A DNA stretch of 24,000 nt from Treponemataceae bacterium (GTDB taxonomy: Bacteria > Spirochaetota > Spirochaetia > Treponematales > Rectinemataceae), in NCBI GenBank assembly GCA_963667725.2, contig CAXXHO010000005.1, positions 181,819 to 205,818 on the forward strand, given 5' to 3'. Of this stretch, positions 8,214 to 16,139 are shown piece after piece; the first letter of the stretch is position 1; each line of letters begins with the position of its first letter. Both the position numbers and the translations under genes were made by a program. A model generated the notes under the pieces. The model was given only the letters and a program-made list of their open reading frames with translations, was not told where the DNA came from and searched no databases.

Positions 8214-9506
8214 ATGGGCGGAACAATCGAAAAGCGGAAAACCGCGAGCGGGGCGAAATCGGCGTTCTGGATCATGTTCGGCTTCATGCTGCTCCATCAG
8301 GCCGACAAGCTTCTCATAGGCCCCCTGACGACGCAGATCATGGATACTTTCCAGATCACCCGCACCCAGATGGGGGCGGTCAGCACCGGAGCCCTCATCG
8401 TCGGGGCCATCTGCTATCCGCTCTGGGGCTGGCTCTATGACCGGTTTTCCAGGCCGAAGCTCCTCGCCCTCGCCTCCCTCCTTTGGGGAGCGACCACCTG
8501 GCTCAACGCCGTCGTGCCCACCTACCCTCTCTTTCTCATGACGAGGGCGGGCACGGGCATCGACGACTCGAGCTATCCCGGCCTCTACAGTCTCATCTCC
8601 GATTATTATCCACCGAAAAAACGCGGCAAGATCTACGGTTTTCTCCAAGTTGCCCAACCGCTGGGCTACCTACTCGGTATGATCCTCGCCCTCGCCTTCG
8701 GCGCGGCCTTCGGCTGGAGGAACGTGTTCTTCCTCACCGGCGGCCTCGGCATCATCCTTTCCGTCATAATCTTCCTCTTCGTCAAGGACAGACCTCGCGG
8801 CGCCGCCGAGCCCGAACTCGCCGGGGCCGAACACCTTGAGCGCTTCAAGTTCAGCTGGAAAACGGTGGGCGGACTCTTCAGGAAGAAAAGCCTCGTCATC
8901 CTCTTCCTCCAGGGCTTTATCGGCGTTTTTCCCTGGAACGTCATCACCTACTGGATTTTCGACTACCTGGGCGCCGAACGAGGCTACGACGAGACCCAGA
9001 CCCTGCTCACCATGGTGCCCGCCGTCCTCATCATGGCCGCCGGCTATCCTATCGGGGGAATGCTGGGCGACCGGCTTTTCAAAAAGACGCTGAAAGGCCG
9101 CGTCATCGTGGGCGCCGCGGGAGTGGCCGTCGGCTGCGTTCTCCTGTGGCTGGCGATGAAGACACCCGTGGCCGACAAATTGGCCTTCGGCATCCTCCTT
9201 GCCGCCACCGCCTTCTTCATGCCATGGGCATCGCCCAACGTCCTTTCCTCCTTCTACGACGTCACGGAGCCGGAGATCAGGGCGACGACCAACGCGGCGC
9301 AGAATTTCGTGGAGTTCGGAGGTTCGGCCATGGCCCCCCTCATGGCGGGCATCATCGCGGACAAGAGCAGTCTCGGCAACGCCATACTCCTTATCTGCAC
9401 GGTGTCATGGGTGATATGCTTCGCCTTCTTCATATTCGCCGGGCGTTTCATACCCAAGGATATTGAGGATCTCAGGGAGAAGCTCGCGACGCGAGCCATG
9501 GAGTAA
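8214..9506 (+). CDS. MFS transporter
   Basis: 430 aa, with an AAGGAG RBS 6 nt upstream of the ATG. It has about 12 hydrophobic segments and the MFS loop 2-3 motif (LWGWLYDRFSRPKLL). The overall layout is MFS_1/Spinster-like. The substrate is unknown. Confidence 0.9.
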   Translation: MGGTIEKRKTASGAKSAFWIMFGFMLLHQADKLLIGPLTTQIMDTFQITRTQMGAVSTGALIVGAICYPLWGWLYDRFSRPKLLALASLLWGATTWLNAVVPTYPLFLMTRAGTGIDDSSYPGLYSLISDYYPPKKRGKIYGFLQVAQPLGYLLGMILALAFGAAFGWRNVFFLTGGLGIILSVIIFLFVKDRPRGAAEPELAGAEHLERFKFSWKTVGGLFRKKSLVILFLQGFIGVFPWNVITYWIFDYLGAERGYDETQTLLTMVPAVLIMAAGYPIGGMLGDRLFKKTLKGRVIVGAAGVAVGCVLLWLAMKTPVADKLAFGILLAATAFFMPWASPNVLSSFYDVTEPEIRATTNAAQNFVEFGGSAMAPLMAGIIADKSSLGNAILLICTVSWVICFAFFIFAGRFIPKDIEDLREKLATRAME

Positions 9507-9512
9507 CAAGGA

Positions 9513-11357
9513 TTGCAGGCTTCCGAGAACATAAATAGGACCGAGATTTTACGGACGCTGAAAAAATACTGGGGCTACACTGAGTTCAGGCCGTATCAGG
9601 AAGAGAATATTCTCTCGATACTGGAAGGGGCCGACACGCTCACGATCCTGCCCACAGGCGGAGGCAAGTCGCTCTGCTTCCAGCTCCCCGCCCTCCTCTC
9701 CGACGGTCTCGCCATCGTGATTTCGCCCCTCATCTCCCTAATGAAAGACCAGGTGGACGATCTCAAGGACCTTGGGATCGCGGCCGAGTGCCTCAATTCC
9801 AGCCTTCCGCCAATTGAACAGCGCTCGATCATGGAGCGCCTTGCCGCCGGCGCCCTCAAGCTTCTCTACCTTTCGCCGGAACGCCTTTTGATGGAGCATA
9901 TGCTCTGTGCGCTCAAATCCGTCAGGATAGCCTATTTCGTGGTGGACGAGGCGCATTGCATAAGCCATTGGGGCCACGACTTCAGGCAAGAATACCGGCA
10001 GCTCGGCCTTCTCAAAAGGGAATTCGAAAACATTCCCATACACGCGTTCACGGCCACGGCCACCGAAACCGTGCGGGATGACATCGCGCTAGAGCTCGGC
10101 CTCCGCGCGCCGCGCATCGTCGTCGGCGACATCGATCGGCCCAATCTCACCTATCGAGTGATCCAGAGACAGAACGGTCTTATCAAGCAGATCGGCGAGG
10201 TCATCGAAAAGCACAAAGGCCAGCCGGGCATCATCTATTGTCTCAAAAGAAAGGACGTCGACGAAATTTCAAAATCGCTCAACGCTCTTGGCTATAAAAA
10301 CCTGCCCTATCACGCCGGCCTTGACGACGCGACGCGAAAAAATAATCAAGAAAAATTTCTTCGAGAGGACGTCGATATCATTGTGGCGACGATAGCCTTC
10401 GGCATGGGCGTCGACCGCTCCAACATACGTTATGTGATCCACTGCGCCATGCCCAAGTCCATCGAGCATTTCCAGCAGGAAACCGGCCGCGCCGGCAGGG
10501 ACGGGCTTCCTTCCGACTGCTATTTCTTCTACTCGGGCGCCGACTACGGAATCTGGAAGAGCCTTCTCGCGGATTCTTCCGAGAGCGAGGTCATGTTGAG
10601 GAAGTTGGGCGAGCTCTACGATTTCTGCGCGAGGCCGCAGTGCCGGCACAGATCTCTCGCCCAGTACTTCGGCCAGACCTACGCACAAGAAAACTGCGGC
10701 GCCTGCGATTTCTGCCTCGGCGAAGTCGATATGGCGGAAGAGCCTCTCCTCATCGGCCAGAAAGTGCTCTCCTGCGTGGCGAGGGTGAGGCAGAGCTTCG
10801 GCGCCGACCATGTCGCCGACATCCTCAAAGGCAACGCGACGGAAGCGGTGCTGAAGTGGCGGCACGAAAAGCTCTCCACCTTCGGCCTGATGGAAGCCGA
10901 GACGAAAGTTTTCATACGTTTTATGATCGAACAGCTCGTGGGCCAGGGCTTTCTGAGAAGGGAGGGCGACTACGGCACCCTCGCGATCACGAAGGAAGGA
11001 ACCTCGCTTCTCAAGGGGCTGGCGACGCCCCGCCTGGCGAAACCGGTCACGAGGGAAAAGAAAAAGGAGATAGAGAAGAAGCGGCGTTCCCGGAGGGCTG
11101 AGGACTGGGAAAACGTCGACGAGGGGCTTTTCGACGCGCTGCGGCTGCTCCGCGCTAAAATCGCCCGGGACAAGTCGGTGCCCGCCTACCTGGTTTTCAG
11201 CGACAAGGCGCTCAAGGACATGGCGTCGAAAAAACCCCGGGACAGAGAAGCCTTCGCCGGCATCTACGGCGTCGGCGAGGCCAAGCTCAAAGAATACGCC
11301 GACGCCTTCATCGAGGCGATCGGGGACTATCGAACTTCGCCGCCCGAATCGAATTGA
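9513..11357 (+). CDS. recQ: ATP-dependent DNA helicase RecQ
   Basis: 614 aa. Motif 0 is FGY-type (WGYTEFRPYQEE), Walker A-like is PTGGGKSLCFQLPA, and the DEAH box is VVDEAHCISHWGHDFR. Later motifs include TATAT, VATIAFGMGVDRSNIRYVIH and QETGRAGRDG. The zinc-binding Cys cluster is CRHRSLAQYF...CGACDFC, and the C-terminal HRDC reads LFDALRLLRAKIARDKSVPAYLVFSDKAL. The start (TTG at 9513) is uncertain. Confidence 0.95.
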   Translation: MQASENINRTEILRTLKKYWGYTEFRPYQEENILSILEGADTLTILPTGGGKSLCFQLPALLSDGLAIVISPLISLMKDQVDDLKDLGIAAECLNSSLPPIEQRSIMERLAAGALKLLYLSPERLLMEHMLCALKSVRIAYFVVDEAHCISHWGHDFRQEYRQLGLLKREFENIPIHAFTATATETVRDDIALELGLRAPRIVVGDIDRPNLTYRVIQRQNGLIKQIGEVIEKHKGQPGIIYCLKRKDVDEISKSLNALGYKNLPYHAGLDDATRKNNQEKFLREDVDIIVATIAFGMGVDRSNIRYVIHCAMPKSIEHFQQETGRAGRDGLPSDCYFFYSGADYGIWKSLLADSSESEVMLRKLGELYDFCARPQCRHRSLAQYFGQTYAQENCGACDFCLGEVDMAEEPLLIGQKVLSCVARVRQSFGADHVADILKGNATEAVLKWRHEKLSTFGLMEAETKVFIRFMIEQLVGQGFLRREGDYGTLAITKEGTSLLKGLATPRLAKPVTREKKKEIEKKRRSRRAEDWENVDEGLFDALRLLRAKIARDKSVPAYLVFSDKALKDMASKKPRDREAFAGIYGVGEAKLKEYADAFIEAIGDYRTSPPESN

Positions 11358-13458
11358 GGGTGGCCAGAAGGGCCACGCCGACATCGGCGATCACCGCTTC
11401 CCACATGTTCGCCTCGCCCGCCGCGCCGAGGATGAGGAAAGCGGCCTTCACCCCAAGGGCGAAAACGATATTCTGCATGACGATGCGCCTCGTGAAAACG
11501 GCGATTCTCATGGCGAGTGGAATGCGCCCGATCTCGTCGTCCATGATCACGATATCGGAAGCCTCGATGGCCGCGTCGGAGCCGAGGCCGCCCATCGCTA
11601 TTCCGAGGTCAGCCCTCATCAGGACGGGAGCGTCGTTCATGCCATCCCCAACGAAGACGACTTTTTTCCCGGCGGGAGCCGAGGCCTTCAAGGCCTCTAG
11701 CCGCGCGACCTTGTCTTCGGGCAGGAGGCCGGCGAAGTACTCGTCGACGCCTACCGCGGCCGCGATCTCCGCCGCCGTCGATTCCCTGTCTCCGGTGAGC
11801 ATGATGACGCGGCGGACCCCAAGGGACTTGAGTTGGCCCACAATTGAGGCCGCTTCATCCTTGAGTACGTCGGCGACGAGAATCTGGCCGGCGTAGGTTC
11901 CGTCGACAGCCACATGAACCAGGGTTCCCGCCCTCGTCATTCCGGCCTCGATCGCGATGCCCTCGTCTTTCAGGAAGCCTTCATTGCCCGCGAGCACTTT
12001 CCGGCCATCGACGATGGCTGATACGCCACGACCCTTCACTTCCCTCACCTCGCCAGCTCTGCTGGGCTCGCTTACTTCGCCGACCTCGCTTGTCTCACTC
12101 GCCGAACTCTGCCAGTCGGCATCGCTCGCCTTCCGAATCGCCCTGGCTATGGGATGCGGCGAATAACGCTCCGCGGCGGCCGCGTAGCGAAGCACCTGCT
12201 CGGCGCTGAATTCGTGGGCCGCGTCCACCTTCACCACCTCGAAGACGCCCTTCGTGAGCGTGCCCGTCTTGTCGAAGACGACCGTATCCACCTTGAGGAG
12301 AGCGTCGAGGCTGTTCGCGCCCTTGACGAGGATCTTGTGGCGGGAGGCGCTGCCCACGCCGCCGAAATAGCCCAGGGGAATGGATATGACAAGGGCGCAG
12401 GGGCAGGAAATGACGAGGAGGACGAGGGCGCGATAGAGCCAGTCTGAAAGCAGGGCGCCGGGGATGAGGAGCGGAGGAACGAAGGCGATGAGGGCGGCCG
12501 AAATGACGACGAAGGGCGTGTAGTAGGCCGCTACTTTCGTGATGAACTTTTCTGTCGGCGCCTTGTGCGTCGCCGCGTTTTCCACGAGATCGAGGATACG
12601 CGCCGCCGAGGACTGGCCGAAGGGAGCGGTCACCTCCACAAGAATCCGCCCCGTATCGGTGACATAGCCCGCCTTGACCGCTTCCCCGATGCCCACGGAC
12701 CGGGGCACGGCCTCGCCGGTGAGCGACGAGGTGTCCACGAAGGAATCGCCCTCGACGATGGTTCCGTCCAGAGGAATCCTCTCGCCGGGCCTCACCTCGA
12801 CGACATCGCCCACGATCACCTGTTCGGGATCGACGATCCTTCCTTGCCCGGCGGTGACGATGCGGGCGAACTCGGGCCGGAGGTTCATGAGGCGCGAAAT
12901 GGAGCTTCGCGATCTCGCCACGGCCCTTTCCTGCAGGTATTCGCCGACGGAATAGAAAAGCATGACCCCTACCGCTTCCGGCAGCTGCCCGATGGCGAAG
13001 GCTCCCACGGTGGCTATGGCCATGAGAAACATTTCGTTGAAAATCCTGCCGCGCAGAAGGTCCATCCAGGCGCTTCTAAGCACCGGATAGCCCACGAGGA
13101 GATATGCCGGAACGAGAACGACATATTCGGCGAAATCGCCCGCCGTCGCGCGCAACTGCCTTCCGAAGAGAACGCCTACCAGTAGGAGGACGGCCGACGC
13201 GATGATCCGCACGATGGACCAGGTTCCGAGGGATTCCTCTTTCTTCGGGGCGCCCGAATCGGCGCGCACAAGCTCAACGGATGGCTCGATGTTCCCGATA
13301 ATGTTCTTGGCCAGTTCCTCCGAATCGGCGTCGAGGGCTAAGGTCTTGGTAGCGAAATTGACGGTGGCGAATTCGAAACCCTTGTTCTTCCTCAGCTCAT
13401 TCTCGATTTTATTCGCGCAGTTGGCGCAGTCGAGACCTTTCATATAGTACTTCGTCAT
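11308..13458 (-). CDS. cadA: Heavy-metal translocating P1B-type ATPase (Cd/Zn/Pb type)
   Basis: 716 aa. The N-terminal HMA domain has a CxxC (GLDCANCANKIE). The TM CPC motif is ISCPCALVISIPL, the phosphorylation site is DKTGTLT, and the HP motif is SPHPIARAI. The hinge is GDGMNDAP. The last TM helix carries DVG (VIADVGVALLATLN), typical of the Zn/Cd/Pb subgroup. The gene sits downstream of a cadC-like repressor gene. Confidence 0.9.
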   Translation of the reverse strand: MTKYYMKGLDCANCANKIENELRKNKGFEFATVNFATKTLALDADSEELAKNIIGNIEPSVELVRADSGAPKKEESLGTWSIVRIIASAVLLLVGVLFGRQLRATAGDFAEYVVLVPAYLLVGYPVLRSAWMDLLRGRIFNEMFLMAIATVGAFAIGQLPEAVGVMLFYSVGEYLQERAVARSRSSISRLMNLRPEFARIVTAGQGRIVDPEQVIVGDVVEVRPGERIPLDGTIVEGDSFVDTSSLTGEAVPRSVGIGEAVKAGYVTDTGRILVEVTAPFGQSSAARILDLVENAATHKAPTEKFITKVAAYYTPFVVISAALIAFVPPLLIPGALLSDWLYRALVLLVISCPCALVISIPLGYFGGVGSASRHKILVKGANSLDALLKVDTVVFDKTGTLTKGVFEVVKVDAAHEFSAEQVLRYAAAAERYSPHPIARAIRKASDADWQSSASETSEVGEVSEPSRAGEVREVKGRGVSAIVDGRKVLAGNEGFLKDEGIAIEAGMTRAGTLVHVAVDGTYAGQILVADVLKDEAASIVGQLKSLGVRRVIMLTGDRESTAAEIAAAVGVDEYFAGLLPEDKVARLEALKASAPAGKKVVFVGDGMNDAPVLMRADLGIAMGGLGSDAAIEASDIVIMDDEIGRIPLAMRIAVFTRRIVMQNIVFALGVKAAFLILGAAGEANMWEAVIADVGVALLATLNSIRAAKFDSPRSPR

Positions 13459-13469
13459 TTTCCGCCTCG

Positions 13470-13820
13470 CTAAAGCTTCTCGATGTAGTGGTTTCTGGCG
13501 ATCTGCAGCAGTTCCAGCACATGGCTGTCGGAGAGGGCGTAGAACACCTGCTTGCCGTCCCGGCGCGAACGTACGAGGTTGAGGCTTCTCAGGAACCTCA
13601 GGTGATGGGAAATGGCCGGCAGATTGGTCTCCAGAAGGAAGGCGAGGTCGCAGACGCAGAGTTCCTGCTGCGACAGCAGGTAGAGAATCTTTATCCTCGA
13701 CTCATCGGCCATGGCCTTGAAAAGCTCGGAAAGCCCCGCCACGTCGAGGAGGGAATCCCTCAGCCGCGGCGCCTTGTCCTGACAAGAAATGCCGAACTGA
13801 CTGCAAACATCTTCATTCAT
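13470..13820 (-). CDS. cadC: ArsR/SmtB-family metalloregulator, CadC-like
   Basis: 116 aa. ELCVCDLAFLL plus HHLRFLRSLNLVRSRRDGKQVFYAL form the winged HTH. The N-terminal Cys pair (CSQFGISC) together with the CVC pair is the alpha3N thiolate-site arrangement known from pI258 CadC. The gene lies 11 nt upstream of the ATPase gene on the same strand. Confidence 0.85.
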   Translation of the reverse strand: MNEDVCSQFGISCQDKAPRLRDSLLDVAGLSELFKAMADESRIKILYLLSQQELCVCDLAFLLETNLPAISHHLRFLRSLNLVRSRRDGKQVFYALSDSHVLELLQIARNHYIEKL

Positions 13821-13844
13821 ATGGGCTCCATCGATCTATTCATA

Positions 13845-13874
13845 TAAACGATTGCTCAATTAAGCAATCGTTTA
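13845..13874. promoter_or_regulatory. Perfect 12-6-12 palindrome; candidate CadC/ArsR operator overlapping the cadCA promoter
   Basis: TAAACGATTGCT-caatta-AGCAATCGTTTA lies 25-54 nt upstream of the cadC ATG. On the minus strand a TTGCTT(-35-like) and TATATG/TATGAA(-10-like) pair brackets or overlaps the right arm. ArsR/SmtB repressors classically bind 12-2-12-type dyads over their own promoters. Confidence 0.5.
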
Positions 13875-14053
13875 ATCGTAAGATAACACTAGGTCCAATT
13901 CCTGTCAATATAGATTCCGCCGTCCCGGATTCTTGACAGGACATGAAGTGAGGCGACACAATGCGTTATCGATAAAAAAATGATCGAAAGCCCTACTCCG
14001 CGGCCTTTCTCGCGGCTCAGAGGGTTCCGCTCAACCACACAAGGAGGTTCTTC

Positions 14054-14851
14054 GTGCGAAAGATGACATTCATGCTTACGGTATTCGCCATGGTCTTCGC
14101 GATGGTCTTCGCCGCCGGCGCCCAAACCGCCAAGCTTCCCGACCTCAAGGGAAGAAAAATCATCGCCGTGACCGAAAACGCCTATCTCCCCCTCAATTTC
14201 GTCGACGCTAAATCAGGCAAGGCCATGGGATGGGAATACGACGCGGTGAACGAGATCGGCAAGCGTCTCAACGCCAAGATCGAGTGGAAGATCACTTCCT
14301 GGGACACCATGATCCAGGCCGTGCGCGACGGACAGTTCGACGTGGGCATGGACGGCATCACCATAACGGACGAAAGGAAGGGCCAGGTCGACTTCTCCAG
14401 CCCCTACATGGTGAGCCAGCAGTTCATGCTCGTGCGCGCCAGCGAAAACCGCTTCCAGGACGAAAAGGCCTTCTCGGCCAACCCCAAACTCCTCATCGGG
14501 GCCCAGGCGGGCACCACGAACTTCTATGTGGCCGTCTACAGCGTCCTCGACGGCGACGAAGCCAATCCCCGCATCAAGCTTTTCGAGACCTTCGGCGCCA
14601 CGGTCCAGGCCTTGATAGCCGGAGACATCGATATGGTGCTTATGGACGCCGCCTCCAGCAAGGGCTACATCGGCGCCTACCCCAACAAGCTGAAATCGGT
14701 CGGCGGCGCCCTCGGCACCGAAGAATTCGGATTCATCTTCAAGAAAGGTTCCGACCTCGTCGGCCCCTTCAACGCGGCCATCGCCGCCCTCAAGGCCGAG
14801 GGATTCCTCGACAGGCTTAACACGAAGTGGTTCTTCGAGTACAAGCCTTAA
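14054..14851 (+). CDS. Amino-acid ABC transporter substrate-binding protein (SBP_bac_3 family)
   Basis: 265 aa. AAGGAGG lies 6 nt upstream of the GTG at 14054 (an alternative ATG is at 14063). The signal peptide is MTFMLTVFAMVFAMVFAAGAQT. Family blocks include GWEYDAVNEIGKRLN, WDTMIQAVRDGQFDVGMDGITITDERK, VDFSSPY and LNTKWF. Confidence 0.9.
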   Translation: MRKMTFMLTVFAMVFAMVFAAGAQTAKLPDLKGRKIIAVTENAYLPLNFVDAKSGKAMGWEYDAVNEIGKRLNAKIEWKITSWDTMIQAVRDGQFDVGMDGITITDERKGQVDFSSPYMVSQQFMLVRASENRFQDEKAFSANPKLLIGAQAGTTNFYVAVYSVLDGDEANPRIKLFETFGATVQALIAGDIDMVLMDAASSKGYIGAYPNKLKSVGGALGTEEFGFIFKKGSDLVGPFNAAIAALKAEGFLDRLNTKWFFEYKP

Positions 14852-14903
14852 AACTGCGGTAGCCCGCCCCAAGGGAAAAACCGTTGGCGCGGTTCCCCAA
14901 GAA

Positions 14904-14945
14904 CCCTGTCTGTGCCAGTAATGGCACAGACAGGGGATTTTCTGT
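14904..14945 (+). terminator. Rho-independent terminator after the amino-acid binding-protein gene
   Basis: A perfect 14-bp stem CCCTGTCTGTGCCA / TGGCACAGACAGGG with a GTAA loop, followed by GATTTTCT. It lies 53 nt after the stop codon. Confidence 0.75.
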
Positions 14946-15082
14946 GCTAAATAATGAACATAGAATTTAAAAATAAGCGAAGCACCCTACGCATTGGCTT
15001 TTCGGGCAGGACGCCGTATCGGCAATTTATTTCATGGAATGAAAATAGCACATTGCTAGATTCACTGCTTTGGTCAGGCTCT

Positions 15083-15098
15083 TGGCATGGGCTTTGCT
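15083..15098 (+). promoter_or_regulatory. Sigma-54 (-24/-12) promoter
   Basis: TGGCAT-gggct-TTGCT matches TGGCAC-N5-TTGCW with correct GG-to-GC spacing (12 nt). It sits in an AT-rich 290-nt intergenic region, 44 nt upstream of the ATG at 15142 (RBS AAGGAGG at 15128..15134). A sigma-54 activator is encoded in the same cluster. Confidence 0.7.
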
Positions 15099-15141
15099 AT
15101 TGCTACCTTGAGTTTCCAGATTATCTTAAGGAGGTTTCTAC

Positions 15142-16074
15142 ATGAAACGAATCGTTGGCGTTCTTTTGTGCGCGTTGGTGCTGATAACCGGTGTTTCCGC
15201 CCAAGCCAAGAAGAAGCAGGTCGCCGTCTGTCTTCCTGGATCAGTCGAGTTCTTCGCCGTGGAGCGCAAAGGCATGGACAAGGCAGCCGCCGAGTTCAAC
15301 CTTCAGCTCACCTATTCCGACGCCGAATGGGACGCGGGAAAACAACTGAACCAGGTGGAGAATTTCGTGGCCAAGGGCGTGGACGCCATCATGCTCTGCT
15401 CCCGCGATCCTCTCGCCCTGCTTCCGGCGGTAAAAATGTGCAACGAAGCCAAGATCCCCCTCATTACGTTCACCAACACGCTCGGCTCCGACAAGAACGG
15501 ACAGTATCCCGGCGTCGTTACCTTCATTGGCATCAACGACCTCTCCTATGGCACCATGATGGGCAAGATGGCCAAACAGCTCCTGGGCGACAGAGCCGCG
15601 AACATCGTCCTCATCGAGGGTGAGCCTGGAACCAGCGCCCAGCGCATGAGAAACGACGGTTTCAGGGCCGAACTCGCGAACAGCAAGTACAAGATCATCT
15701 ACAGCCAGGCGATTCCCGGCTGGACCAAGGAAGGATCGCTCGCCGCCATGGAAGCCTTTCTCCAGAAAGGACAGGATTTCGATCTCGTCTCAGCCGAATG
15801 GACGGACGGCGCGGTCGCGGCTGCCAAAGCCATCAGGGAAGCCGGACTCAAGGGGAAATACATCACCGCCCTCGAGTATTCCAAGGCGCTCCAGGCCGAG
15901 ATCAAGGCTGGAAGCGTCAACATGACGGCCTACGCTTCCATCATAGACATGGGTTATCTGGCAGTCCAGAAAACCGCCGAATTCCTCTCCGGAAAGAAGA
16001 TCGATTCCTACATCGAAGTCATTCCCGTCATCGTCGACAAGAACAATGTGAGCAAACACGTTCCCGAGATGTGA
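15142..16074 (+). CDS. Sugar ABC transporter periplasmic binding protein (RbsB/PBP type-1 family)
   Basis: 310 aa. The signal peptide is MKRIVGVLLCALVLITGVSAQA. Blocks typical of ribose/monosaccharide binding proteins are present: VENFVAKGVDAIML, EAKIPLITF, IVLIEGEPGTSAQRMRNDGF, AMEAFLQK, GAVAAAKAIREAGL. Confidence 0.9.
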   Translation: MKRIVGVLLCALVLITGVSAQAKKKQVAVCLPGSVEFFAVERKGMDKAAAEFNLQLTYSDAEWDAGKQLNQVENFVAKGVDAIMLCSRDPLALLPAVKMCNEAKIPLITFTNTLGSDKNGQYPGVVTFIGINDLSYGTMMGKMAKQLLGDRAANIVLIEGEPGTSAQRMRNDGFRAELANSKYKIIYSQAIPGWTKEGSLAAMEAFLQKGQDFDLVSAEWTDGAVAAAKAIREAGLKGKYITALEYSKALQAEIKAGSVNMTAYASIIDMGYLAVQKTAEFLSGKKIDSYIEVIPVIVDKNNVSKHVPEM

Positions 16075-16092
16075 TCCCATCCTCCAACAGTC

Positions 16093-16124
16093 GGCGGGGA
16101 ATCCGCTTCGGTGGATTCCCCGCC
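16093..16124 (+). other. Intercistronic GC-rich stem-loop (no U-tract)
   Basis: GGCGGGGAATCC-gcttcggt-GGATTCCCCGCC has a perfect 12-bp stem. It lies between the binding-protein stop (16074) and the next ATG (16140). No T-run follows, so it is more likely an mRNA-stabilising or partial-attenuation element than a full terminator. Confidence 0.5.
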
Positions 16125-16139
16125 GCTCAAGAGAAAACA

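Noticed and set aside
10269-11384. 371-aa minus-strand ORF inside recQ
   Set aside because: It is antisense to the RecQ helicase core and HRDC region and has no motifs of its own.
13980-14066. 28-codon upstream ORF overlapping the start of the amino-acid binding-protein gene; possible leader peptide
   Set aside because: It has no Shine-Dalgarno sequence in front of its ATG. I saw no run of regulatory codons and no alternative hairpins, so it is probably fortuitous.
14091-14123. 12-nt imperfect tandem repeat (VFAM VFAM VFA) in the binding-protein signal peptide
   Set aside because: It is a short in-frame duplication within the hydrophobic core of a signal peptide. This is common and functionally neutral, and it is not a repeat element.
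14954-15145. 63-aa ORF in the AT-rich spacer before the sugar ABC operon
   Set aside because: It has no RBS and spans the sigma-54 promoter and the RBS of the next gene. Its codon usage is unlike the neighbouring genes. The region is better explained as regulatory DNA.
15798-16139. N-terminal extension of ORF 15798..17405 overlapping the binding-protein gene
   Set aside because: It overlaps the 3' third of the confidently called binding-protein gene in another frame and contains the intercistronic hairpin. The sensible start is the ATG at 16140.
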